Positions 39,017 through 47,708 of a DNA stretch of 64,000 nucleotides are shown in pieces. Each line of letters begins with the position of its first letter. Within the stretch, counting starts at the first letter, position 1. The DNA lies in assembly GCA_013334765.1 (NCBI GenBank), contig JAAXWW010000001.1:236589-300588 (forward strand). Reading direction: 5' to 3'. This DNA comes from Candidatus Moraniibacteriota bacterium (GTDB taxonomy: Bacteria; Patescibacteriota; Minisyncoccia; Moranbacterales; UBA2206). The notes beneath the pieces were generated by a model. That model had not been told where the DNA came from and made no database searches. It was given only the letters and a program-made list of their open reading frames with translations. A program made the translations under genes and the position numbers.

Positions 39017-39101
39017 AAATCCAAAATCCAAACCAAGTCCAAAATCCCAACTCCTGAATCATGAATATTTTTTGAGCTTTGGATTTTGAAGTTTGGATTT
39101 G
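39017..39101. repeat. Inverted heptamer arrays with no gene between them
   Basis: AAATCCAAAATCCAAACCAAGTCCAAAATCCCAA ... TTGAGCTTTGGATTTTGAAGTTTGGATTTG. Confidence 0.65.
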
Positions 39102-39114
39102 CACATAACTCATT

Positions 39115-40371
39115 ATGTTCCGCCAATTTTTCACATCCGTAAGATTCGCGATTAAGAACCTCCGCTCCAATGTGGCGAGGACCGTTTTGACGCTGTTCGG
39201 GATAGTCATCGGGATCATGGCGGTCATCGTGGTCTCTTCCAGCGGACAAGGCGTCAAGGATTATATCCTTGGCCAATTCGACAGTTATGGGGATGATCTC
39301 ATTCAAATAGAAACCAAGATACCTTCGACGTCGAAGAATTCCAGCGAAAACGCGATGGGCCAAGCGCAAGGAGTGGAAATCACGACGCTTAAGACTTCGG
39401 ATGGAGAAGCGCTTTTGAAGATTCCCAACGTTTCCAAATACGCGGCCGGAGATTTGGGGCAGGAAATCGTTTCCCGCCAGAGCGAGAACAAAAGGACGAT
39501 ACTTTACGGCGTGGGCGCCAATATGCCGGACATAGACAAGGGGATAAAATTATCAGAAGGGACTTTCTATTCGGATCAGGACGATGCGAGCTTGGCGCAA
39601 GTGGCAGTCATCGGTTCCGACATCAAAGAGACATTTTTCGGAAACGATGACGCGATCGGGAAGGATATCAAGATAAAGGGGATGAATTTCCGGGTGATCG
39701 GCGTGGCGGAAAAACGAGGAGCGGTGACTTTCTTCAATTATGACGAGCTTATCTATATCCCGGTCAGGACATTGGAAAAAAAGATCATGGGAATCGATCA
39801 CGTTCAATTCATTTCGCTCAAAGTCAAAGACGTGAAATCGGTGGATGTGACGGCGGCCGACGTGACCGACACGATGCGCCGGCTTCATAATATCCATAAT
39901 CCGGATCAGGACGATTTCGCCGTTTCGACTATGCAGGAAGCGCGGGATACTATCGATAGCGTTTTCGGAACGATCGACATCCTCCTTCTGGCGCTCACTT
40001 CCATTTCGCTTGTCGTCGGCGGAGTCGGGATAATGAACGTGATGTATGTGGCTGTCATTGAGAGGACATTCGAGATCGGCCTCCGGAAATCGGTCGGCGC
40101 GAGGTCGGCTGATATCCGGAATCAGTTCCTGCTGGAAGCAGTGATTATCACGCTCATTGGGGGCATAGCAGGCATAATCCTCGGCTATCTGGTTTCGGTC
40201 GGCTTCTCATACGTGTTGGCTTCTATGGGTTTTTCCCTCAAATTCTCGATCACTCTGAAATCGGTTCTGATTTCGGTCGGCTTCTCGATGGGGACTGGGA
40301 TAATTTTCGGATTCTATCCGGCATATAAAGCCTCGAAACTTTCTCCGATGGAAGCGCTGAGGAAGGAATAA
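39115..40371 (+). CDS. MacB-like ABC permease (second paralog)
   Basis: RTVLTLFGIVIG, ISLVVGGVGIMNVMY, ERTFEIGLRKSVGA, PMEALRKE. Confidence 0.95.
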   Translation: MFRQFFTSVRFAIKNLRSNVARTVLTLFGIVIGIMAVIVVSSSGQGVKDYILGQFDSYGDDLIQIETKIPSTSKNSSENAMGQAQGVEITTLKTSDGEALLKIPNVSKYAAGDLGQEIVSRQSENKRTILYGVGANMPDIDKGIKLSEGTFYSDQDDASLAQVAVIGSDIKETFFGNDDAIGKDIKIKGMNFRVIGVAEKRGAVTFFNYDELIYIPVRTLEKKIMGIDHVQFISLKVKDVKSVDVTAADVTDTMRRLHNIHNPDQDDFAVSTMQEARDTIDSVFGTIDILLLALTSISLVVGGVGIMNVMYVAVIERTFEIGLRKSVGARSADIRNQFLLEAVIITLIGGIAGIILGYLVSVGFSYVLASMGFSLKFSITLKSVLISVGFSMGTGIIFGFYPAYKASKLSPMEALRKE

Positions 40372-40477
40372 TACCCCGAAATTACGCCATAAACTGAAAA
40401 AGCCGCAAGTTGTGGGCTTTTTTTGTTTGTGATAGGCTTTATTAAAGAAAAACTTTAGCTTTAATGGCGTAAAAACT

Positions 40478-40888
40478 ATGGAACACGAAATGCAAGAGGA
40501 AGAAAAAATCCATGATGCTGTGACTGAAGAGATTGAAGAAAAAGACGACGAAGCAGAGAGTGAATCGAACTGTGCGGAAGACGCGAAAAGGAAGAAACGG
40601 GAACATTATGTCGAGATCATCCTCTTTCTGGTTCTGGGAATCCTTGTCGGGATCGCGATCAAGACTGAAGCGATCAAGAAAATAACGGTAGGCTTCGATG
40701 ACTACAAGATGAAAGCGGAAAGCCAGGACTATGATATAAACAAGCTGCAGAGCGATTTGGCAAGTGAAAGGGCCGCGCAGGATGCTGCAAGCCAAGCAGA
40801 AGAGAATCAGGTTCAGGACGGAGGATCGGCTGATGAGCAGGCGAAGGTACAGGATCAAGGCGCCAACAGCCAGACCCCAGGGCAATAG
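40478..40888 (+). CDS. Single-TM hypothetical protein
   Basis: Acidic N-terminus, TM, KTEA...ITVGFDDY motif. Confidence 0.7.
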   Translation: MEHEMQEEEKIHDAVTEEIEEKDDEAESESNCAEDAKRKKREHYVEIILFLVLGILVGIAIKTEAIKKITVGFDDYKMKAESQDYDINKLQSDLASERAAQDAASQAEENQVQDGGSADEQAKVQDQGANSQTPGQ

Positions 40889-40943
40889 GCGGCGTGTTCG
40901 CAAAGAGCGAATGCATATATCGAAATCATAATAAGCTTTAATA

Positions 40944-42062
40944 ATGAGAAATATGGAAGAAGAAAAGAAAACAGAATCCGAAGCGCCTTGCGAATGCGGG
41001 TGCGAATGCGGGTGCGAAAATGAAGACGGGAAAAATAAAAAATGCTGCAGCGAAAAAGATAGCAAGAAAATGAAAAACATCATTTCCTTGGTGATACTTC
41101 TCGGGGGTCTTTTCATTGGAAGCCTTTTCGTGGATGTGGCGCAGATGGTGCGGGGAAGCGGATTCTCGACCAAGAACCTCAACCGTTCGGAAATATTCCA
41201 ATCGGAAGGGAAGACCTGGGTGGCATATTCCGAGCCGGCTGTTCCGGTCCAGGTCATCAATGACGATTCCTGCGACAAGTGCGACGTGAGTGATGCTTTG
41301 GTTTGGATGAGAAGGATCGTGCCGACTATTTCTACTGAGAAAGTCGATTATAGCTCAGCCAAAGGAAAAGAGCTGATTCAGAAATTCGGGATCAAAACCC
41401 TGCCGGCTTTCGTTTTCGGTAGCGATGTGACGAAAACCGATTTCTATTCGCAGGCTCAGACTCTTTTCACCGAAAAGGACAACCGATTCCTTCTGAATTC
41501 CGACCAGATCGGCCTTCCAGTTGGAAAATATCTCGAATCGCCGGCTGTTTTCGATAATGACGCGATTTCCGGACCGAAAGACGCCAAGGTGAAAGTGGTC
41601 ATTTTCTCCGATTTCCAGTGCCCCTATTGCAAGGTGTTCTTTCAGAACTTGAGAACTGTCATGGGGCAATACCAGGACAATGTGCTTTTCGACTTCAAAG
41701 AGCTTCCTCTTGATATCCATCCTCAGGCCGATAACGCGGCACTGGCTTCGGAATGCGCCCTAGAGCAGGGAAAGTTCTGGGAATATGCCGACAAGCTGTA
41801 TGCCGCGCAGGCCGAATGGGGCGCGACCAAGGATACTTCCAAATTCAAGAGCTATGCCGTGGCATTGAAACTCGATACTGCCAAATTCAACTCATGTTTG
41901 GACAGCAAGAAATACAAGGACAAGGTCGCGGCTGATGTGCAACAGGCGGCCGACCTCGGTCTCACCGGAACCCCGTCGATTTTCGTCAACAACAATTTCG
42001 ACAGCGGAGCTCTGACAGCCGATCAGCTGAAGGGTATGATCGACGCGGAGCTCAATAAATAG
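40944..42062 (+). CDS. DsbA/thioredoxin-fold oxidoreductase, two Trx domains
   Basis: CDKC and FSDFQCPYC, GTP cis-Pro; Cys-rich N-terminus. Confidence 0.9.
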   Translation: MRNMEEEKKTESEAPCECGCECGCENEDGKNKKCCSEKDSKKMKNIISLVILLGGLFIGSLFVDVAQMVRGSGFSTKNLNRSEIFQSEGKTWVAYSEPAVPVQVINDDSCDKCDVSDALVWMRRIVPTISTEKVDYSSAKGKELIQKFGIKTLPAFVFGSDVTKTDFYSQAQTLFTEKDNRFLLNSDQIGLPVGKYLESPAVFDNDAISGPKDAKVKVVIFSDFQCPYCKVFFQNLRTVMGQYQDNVLFDFKELPLDIHPQADNAALASECALEQGKFWEYADKLYAAQAEWGATKDTSKFKSYAVALKLDTAKFNSCLDSKKYKDKVAADVQQAADLGLTGTPSIFVNNNFDSGALTADQLKGMIDAELNK

Positions 42063-42299
42063 TCCGGAATAAGCGAGATTGCAAGAAACATCCTTGATTT
42101 TCAAGGATGTTTTTTCTTTATTTTTATTTTATCTCTCTTGTGATAGACTGAAAATCGGTTCTTTCTTATTTTTCTCCTGAAATTTCAGATTTGATCTGAT
42201 TTCCAGCGGTGGCTGTTGTTTTGAATTTTATGAGTTTGCTGTTCAGGCGGCTTTCGATGGATCATGCAAACTTGAAAAAATATCCCAAGGAAGGTAGTT

Positions 42300-43094
42300 A
42301 TGGAAGCCTTGATTGCTGATAAGAAGCGGATTCGTTGTATCAACTACAGATATCCAAGAGGATATGCGGTCAAACCTGTCAGCGAACAGGTCAGGACCCT
42401 GCTGGCTGATTTCGGGTCAATCGGGCTGAGTCTTGATGTCCCGGAGCTAGCCCAGCAAAAAAAAGAGACAACTTTTTCCCCTCGGAACGCCGAAGGGATG
42501 TTTGTTTTCCCATGGTGGAAATGCCTGGCTGGTTCATATCTTGGAGCAGTCAGTGCGGCTGTTTCTTTGCTTGAGCGGAAAATAGATACTGATATCGACA
42601 TCGGATTATTGTCTGCCATAAGGAGATCCAGACATACGGAACAAGCGCTATCGATAATCTCCGAAAAACAATCAAGTAATACGTTGGTTATTCCAGCTCA
42701 GCTTGGTTATTTTTTCCAGAATATCGGAGTGAAGGCGTCGGATGAGTCATTCCTGAATGAAGCCGATTCGTATAGCGGCAAGCTGATCTATCCGGATATG
42801 TTCGGGCTGGGAGTGTTCGAAGTTCTGATGATTCTTCTGACTCATCCGGAAAGATTGCTTGGTCAAGGAGGCAATACCGGGTGCGATTCTGATGTTGTCG
42901 AGAAGAGCCTAGCTATCGATTGCCCTGCTGACAACTGCATCGATGAGATCGATTGGAGGAAAGGACGCGAAGTCGTGAGATCGTCACCGTATTTTTTTTC
43001 TGATTATGGGGACAGTATTTCGCTAGGGTTGTGGCCGCATTATCTATCCAACATCTCTTCCGGTATTGCTACGGGATTCTTTCCAAGATCATGA
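42300..43094 (+). CDS. Hypothetical protein (orphan cassette)
   Basis: 264-aa ORF, AAGGAAGG SD, terminator 43118-43153. Confidence 0.7.
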   Translation: MEALIADKKRIRCINYRYPRGYAVKPVSEQVRTLLADFGSIGLSLDVPELAQQKKETTFSPRNAEGMFVFPWWKCLAGSYLGAVSAAVSLLERKIDTDIDIGLLSAIRRSRHTEQALSIISEKQSSNTLVIPAQLGYFFQNIGVKASDESFLNEADSYSGKLIYPDMFGLGVFEVLMILLTHPERLLGQGGNTGCDSDVVEKSLAIDCPADNCIDEIDWRKGREVVRSSPYFFSDYGDSISLGLWPHYLSNISSGIATGFFPRS

Positions 43095-43195
43095 ATCCTG
43101 GCATTATCGGATCATTCAAGGACTGCTCGCGCATCTGCGGGCAGTCCTTTTTTCTTTGGTTTCCTGCTCTTGCGCTATGTGGTATAATGATAGGC

Positions 43196-43765
43196 ATGAA
43201 ATATCATAAAGACATTTTAGAAGTAATATTCTATGCCAGGGGCGGTCAGGGAGCGAAAAGCGCTGCTGAGATCTTGGCGCAGTCGGCGCTCAAAGAAGGA
43301 AAGTTCGTGCAGTCTTTTCCGAGCTTCGGTCCTGAAAGGAGTGGCGCGCCGACTAAGACATATCTCAGGATATCGAACCGGGAAATCCGCACGCATGAGC
43401 CTGTCGTTGATCCGGACATCGCTGTCGTCCTCGACGAGACGCTTTTGGAATCGGAACCGGTCACGCAAGGCTTGGACAAGAACGAAGCCATAATCGTGAA
43501 CACTGAAATGACGGCGCAGGAAGTGAAGAACATATTGCGATTCGACGGTAAGGTTTATCCGACAGCTGCCAATAGGATTTCGATGGATATCGTCGGTCAG
43601 CCCAGGCCGAACACCGTCATTCTGGGCAAGCTGGTCCAGGTAACCGAGATGGTGAAGCTGGAAAGCGTCCTGGAAGAATTCAGGAATATTTTCGAAGCCA
43701 AAGTCGGGAAAGAGATCACCGACAAGAACATCGCCGCCATAGAGAAGGCGTATGATTTGATATAA
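43196..43765 (+). CDS. porC: Pyruvate:ferredoxin oxidoreductase gamma subunit
   Basis: RGGQGA, FGPERSGAP, PNTVILG; start moved to ATG 43196. Confidence 0.92.
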   Translation: MKYHKDILEVIFYARGGQGAKSAAEILAQSALKEGKFVQSFPSFGPERSGAPTKTYLRISNREIRTHEPVVDPDIAVVLDETLLESEPVTQGLDKNEAIIVNTEMTAQEVKNILRFDGKVYPTAANRISMDIVGQPRPNTVILGKLVQVTEMVKLESVLEEFRNIFEAKVGKEITDKNIAAIEKAYDLI

Positions 43766-43808
43766 TATTCAAAAAAACAGTCAGTGTTAAAGAATAAGGA
43801 ATATTTTT

Positions 43809-44081
43809 ATGGATAATAAAAAAAGGGAAATCGCGATAAAGCATGATATCAAGAAAGCTCCCAAGACCGGGAACTGGAGATATATGCGTCCGGAAGTGGA
43901 CAAAGAGAAATGCATCGGCTGCACTACCTGCGTTCCTTTCTGTCCGGATGTCTCCATCGAGATGAAGAAGTGGAAAGATGGGGAAAAGGACAAGGCGGAT
44001 ATTGACTATGATTTCTGCAAGGGTTGCGGGGTTTGCGCGGACGTGTGTCCGGTGAAAGCGATAAGAATGCTTAAGAAATAG
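43809..44081 (+). CDS. porD: Pyruvate:ferredoxin oxidoreductase delta subunit (2x[4Fe-4S])
   Basis: TGNWR, CIGCTTCVPFCP, CKGCGVCADVCP. Confidence 0.93.
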   Translation: MDNKKREIAIKHDIKKAPKTGNWRYMRPEVDKEKCIGCTTCVPFCPDVSIEMKKWKDGEKDKADIDYDFCKGCGVCADVCPVKAIRMLKK

Positions 44082-44089
44082 AAATTGCT

Positions 44090-45241
44090 ATGGCAATAAA
44101 GAATAATGACAACAGGAAGGCGTTGACTGGCGGAGCCGCGATAGCGGAAGCTCTTCGTCAGATCGGTCCGGATGTGATGCCGGTCTATCCGATCACGCCC
44201 CAGACGCCGATCATCGAAACATATGCCAAGTTCGTGGCAGACGGGGAAGCCGATACGGAAATGATAGAAGTCGAATCGGAGCATAGTGCCATTTCGGCGG
44301 CAGTCGGAGCGAGCGCCGCCGGAGCGCGCACTGTCACGGCGACGAGTTCCCAAGGGCTGGCTCTTATGCACGAGATCTTGTATATCGCGAGCGGGATGCG
44401 GCTGCCGATCCTGATGCCGGTGGCGGCTCGGGCGCTGGCTTCGCCGATCAATATCCATGGCGATCACAGCGATGTCATGGGCGCGCGGGACGCGGGCTGG
44501 ATCCAGCTGTTCGCGGAAAATCCCCAGGAGGCATATGACAAGACGATTATCGGAATGAGGCTGGCAGAGGCTGCCAAACTGCCGGTGATGGTCATTATCG
44601 ATGGATTCAATACTTCCCATAGTGTTGAGAATCTGGAAATGCTTGACGGAAAGGCAGTCAAGAAATTCGTCGGTGAATACAAGGCGGAAAAATCGCTTTT
44701 GGATGTCGCGAATCCGGTGACTTTCGGATCGTTCGCGCTTCAGGATACGTTCTTCGAATTCAAGATCGAACAGGAAAAGGCGATGGCGGAAGCGCTCGAT
44801 CAATACAGGAAAATAGCCAAGGAATATGCCGCGATAAGCGGAAGGGAATATTCCTTGTTTGAAAAATATGCGACGAAAGATGCTGACAAGATCCTTGTCA
44901 TGGCTGGTTCGGCCGCAGGAACGACCAAGGACGCGATTGATGAATTGAGAGCCAAAGGGAAAAAGGTCGGACTCATTGAAATCGAGCTGTTCCGGCCATT
45001 CCCGCGCAAAGAACTGCTGAAGGCGCTTTCCGGCGCCAAGGAGATCATCGTGATGGATCGGGCGCAGTCGATCGGATCCAACCCGCCTTTCTATACTGAA
45101 ATCGTTTCCGCTATGCATGATTCGAAAAAAACCGGCTGCGACATCAGGTCTTTCATTTATGGAATCGGAGGACGGGATCTTTTCAAGAGCCAGATCATCG
45201 ATTTGGTGAATGGGAAAATCAAGGGTAAGTATTTAAATTAG
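44090..45241 (+). CDS. porA: Pyruvate:ferredoxin oxidoreductase alpha subunit
   Basis: YPITPQT, ESEH, TATSSQGL, IHGDHSD. Confidence 0.95.
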   Translation: MAIKNNDNRKALTGGAAIAEALRQIGPDVMPVYPITPQTPIIETYAKFVADGEADTEMIEVESEHSAISAAVGASAAGARTVTATSSQGLALMHEILYIASGMRLPILMPVAARALASPINIHGDHSDVMGARDAGWIQLFAENPQEAYDKTIIGMRLAEAAKLPVMVIIDGFNTSHSVENLEMLDGKAVKKFVGEYKAEKSLLDVANPVTFGSFALQDTFFEFKIEQEKAMAEALDQYRKIAKEYAAISGREYSLFEKYATKDADKILVMAGSAAGTTKDAIDELRAKGKKVGLIEIELFRPFPRKELLKALSGAKEIIVMDRAQSIGSNPPFYTEIVSAMHDSKKTGCDIRSFIYGIGGRDLFKSQIIDLVNGKIKGKYLN

Positions 45242-45250
45242 TATTTCGAT

Positions 45251-45535
45251 ATGACAAAGAAAAAAGAAATGAGTATCGATGATTTGGCGGTGCTGATTAA
45301 AAAAGAGTTCGACCGAGTCGATGACAGGTTCGCTGGCATTGATAAAAGATTCGCTGGCATTGATAAAAGGTTTGTAAACATCGACAAAAGATTCGATGGC
45401 GTCGAAGAGCGTTTGGATAGGCTTGAGTTCAGTCAGAAAGATATCCGGAACGAGCTGAATTTCATGGTGCATAAGTTCGAGCTGAAAGAGCTCGAATACA
45501 GGGTTGAGAAATTGGAAAAGAAATTTTCAAAATAA
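45251..45535 (+). CDS. Heptad-repeat coiled-coil protein
   Basis: DDRFAGI DKRFAGI DKRFVNI DKRFDGV from a 21-bp tandem repeat (45320-45403). Confidence 0.75.
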   Translation: MTKKKEMSIDDLAVLIKKEFDRVDDRFAGIDKRFAGIDKRFVNIDKRFDGVEERLDRLEFSQKDIRNELNFMVHKFELKELEYRVEKLEKKFSK

Positions 45536-45537
45536 TT

Positions 45538-46440
45538 ATGAACAAAGAACTGGCTAAGAATTTCGCTCCCGGCCATAGCGCCTGCCAAGGCTGCGGTTTT
45601 CCGGCGATAGTGAGGACGATTTTGGGCGAGGCGACGACACCGATCGTGGTTGCCAATGCGACGGGGTGCCTCGAGGTGACATCGACCATCTATCCGTATA
45701 CGGCCTGGAAAGTGCCGTATATCCACAATGCTTTCGAGAATGCCGCTGCCACCATTTCCGGAGTCGAGCGGGCATACAAAGCGCTCAGCAAGAAAGGGAA
45801 GATAAAGAAGAAGATAAAATTCGTGGCTTTCGGAGGCGATGGCGGGACATATGATATCGGATTGCAATCCCTTTCGGGCGCTCTTGAACGCGGCCATGAT
45901 TTCCTGTATGTGGTCTATGACAACGGAGGATATATGAACACCGGAAATCAGCGATCGTCTGCGACTCCGTATGGAGCGGGGACGGAAACGACTCCGGTCG
46001 GCAAGGAGTCTTTCGGGAAAATGGAAACCAGGAAAAGCATCATGGAGATCGTGAATGCTCACAGGGTTCCGTATTTGGCGCAGGCCAACGTCGCGTATCT
46101 CGCGGATCTCAAGAAGAAAGCCAAGAAGGCGCTGGAAGTGGAAGGCCCGTCTTTTCTGGCTGTCTTTTCGCCTTGCACCAACAATTGGAAATTCCCGACT
46201 TCTCAATATGTGAGGATCGCGCGTCTTGCCACTGAAACGAATTTCTGGCCGCTCTATGAAATCGAGAACGGCAAATACAATATCAATTGGGCAACGGAAA
46301 AGCCGAAGCCGGTGGAAGAATTCCTCAAGACCCAGGGCAGGTTCAAGCATCTTTTTTCTGAAAAGAACAAGGGCGTCCTGAAAGAGGTTCAGAAGAAAGT
46401 CGATGACGAATGGATGAGGCTGGTTAATCTGACGGACTAA
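45538..46440 (+). CDS. porB: Pyruvate:ferredoxin oxidoreductase beta subunit
   Basis: GHSACQGC, TGCLE, GGDGGTYDIG (TPP motif), DNGGYMNTG. Confidence 0.95.
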   Translation: MNKELAKNFAPGHSACQGCGFPAIVRTILGEATTPIVVANATGCLEVTSTIYPYTAWKVPYIHNAFENAAATISGVERAYKALSKKGKIKKKIKFVAFGGDGGTYDIGLQSLSGALERGHDFLYVVYDNGGYMNTGNQRSSATPYGAGTETTPVGKESFGKMETRKSIMEIVNAHRVPYLAQANVAYLADLKKKAKKALEVEGPSFLAVFSPCTNNWKFPTSQYVRIARLATETNFWPLYEIENGKYNINWATEKPKPVEEFLKTQGRFKHLFSEKNKGVLKEVQKKVDDEWMRLVNLTD

Positions 46441-46452
46441 TAATAAAAAGAT

Positions 46453-46767
46453 ATGGAATTCAAGGAACTGCAGAATAAGATAACGTTGGCTCTTGCCAGA
46501 TACGGAAGCGACAACGGCATAAGGGTGGATGACGAGTATGTCTTGGTGAAGCTTTTCGAGGAGATGGGGGACATCGCCAAAACAGCTTTGATATACAAGA
46601 ACAAATGCGAAAACAGGAAGATGATTCCGCGTGATGAGGCCAAGAAGATGATCGCTGTCGAAATCGCCGACACAGTCGGCCTGTTGCTGGCTTTTGCCAG
46701 TCAGCTGAATATAGATGTGGAAGAGGAAATAAAAGATAAGTGGCTTTCCAAATACGCGGAAGCCTGA
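46453..46767 (+). CDS. MazG-like nucleotide pyrophosphohydrolase
   Basis: KLFEEMGD...EIAD pattern. Confidence 0.75.
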   Translation: MEFKELQNKITLALARYGSDNGIRVDDEYVLVKLFEEMGDIAKTALIYKNKCENRKMIPRDEAKKMIAVEIADTVGLLLAFASQLNIDVEEEIKDKWLSKYAEA

Positions 46768-46777
46768 TTTTCCAGTG

Positions 46778-46850
46778 AGCCGCCTGTCGGAATCGAACCG
46801 ACGACCTACGCGTTACGAGTGCGTCGCTCTGCCAACTGAGCTAAGGCGGC
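46778..46850 (-). tRNA. tRNA-Thr(CGU)
   Basis: Cloverleaf GCCGCCT...AGGCGGC, anticodon loop CTCGTAA, GGTTCGATTCC; no encoded CCA. Confidence 0.95.
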
Positions 46851-46927
46851 TGACTACGCCGAGGCTTCGTCAGCCAAAGGCCGACTATGCCGAGGCTTCG
46901 TCAGCCAAAGGCCGACTATGCCGAGGT
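46848..46927. repeat. 31-bp tandem palindromic repeat (about 2.5 copies) abutting tRNA-Thr
   Basis: GGCYGACTAYGCCGAGGCTTCGTCAGCCAAA units, GACTAY at 46852, 46883 and 46914. Confidence 0.8.
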
Positions 46928-46985
46928 TTCTTTGCTTGGGCATGACCTAGACATGATATAATAAGTCTTAAAATAATTCAAATCC

Positions 46986-47504
46986 ATGAAAATATATATC
47001 TGCGAAATCTGCGGAGACGCCTATATCGGTTCTGAAAAGCCGGCCAATTGCCCTTTCTGCGGGGCAAGGTCCAATTTCATAAAGGACGGCGCGGAAGCCA
47101 AGCCGATTGTCAATGAGAAGATAGAAATCAGTGAAGAATCCAGGAAGAATCTTTTGGAAACATTGGATCTGGAAATAGACGCCAATGCGATATATCTCTG
47201 CATGGCCGGGAAGGCGAAGGAATATATGATAAAGGCGATGTATAAGAGGCTGGCCAAGGTGGAATTCGAGCACGCGACTATTGTTACGAAACTTTTGGGG
47301 ATGGATGCTCCCAAAGCCAAGGAGCTGCCGTGTCCGGACAGCGATGCTGAAAATTTCGAAAAGACTATCGCGCTTGAGGATCACGCTGCCGCTCTTTATC
47401 GCGAATTCGTCAAGAAATCGGCCGAAAAGAATATCAGGATTTTCTTCACGGCTCTTTCCCAGGTGGAAGAGGAACATAAGCAGCTTATTTCGGAAATTGC
47501 CTGA
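46986..47504 (+). CDS. Reverse rubrerythrin-like (rubredoxin + ferritin-like) protein
   Basis: CEICG...CPFCG, then EFEH and EEEH diiron motifs. Confidence 0.88.
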   Translation: MKIYICEICGDAYIGSEKPANCPFCGARSNFIKDGAEAKPIVNEKIEISEESRKNLLETLDLEIDANAIYLCMAGKAKEYMIKAMYKRLAKVEFEHATIVTKLLGMDAPKAKELPCPDSDAENFEKTIALEDHAAALYREFVKKSAEKNIRIFFTALSQVEEEHKQLISEIA

Positions 47505-47516
47505 GAGACTATTATC

Positions 47517-47670
47517 GGAAAGAGAGTGATGATATTTCAAATGACTGACTCGAGCATCGCATTTTTTATTCAAAAATATTCCCTCGCTCGACGGCATCCG
47601 GTGGAATATTTTTGAAAAAATACGTGCTCTCAAACAGGTGAGTCGTTTGAAATATCATCACTCTCTTTCC
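47517..47670 (+). repeat. Family B rod-like palindrome, copy 4
   Basis: GGAAAGAGAGTGATGATATTTCAAA...TTTGAAATATCATCACTCTCTTTCC; core GACTCGAGCA...TGCTCTCAAACAGGTG. Confidence 0.88.
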
Positions 47671-47708
47671 TTGAGATAAGAGTAAAGCTTTAACAAAAGC
47701 TATAACAT

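Noticed and set aside
37369-43094. Diversity-generating retroelement (Avd-like gene plus possible target)
   Set aside because: No reverse transcriptase and no template/variable repeat pair was visible in the window.
46848-46927. CRISPR array
   Set aside because: Units are contiguous with no unique spacers, and no cas genes are present.
22747-47670. Integron attC sites for family B hairpins
   Set aside because: No RYYYAAC/GTTRRRY core sites, the flanking genes are core genes, and there is no integrase.
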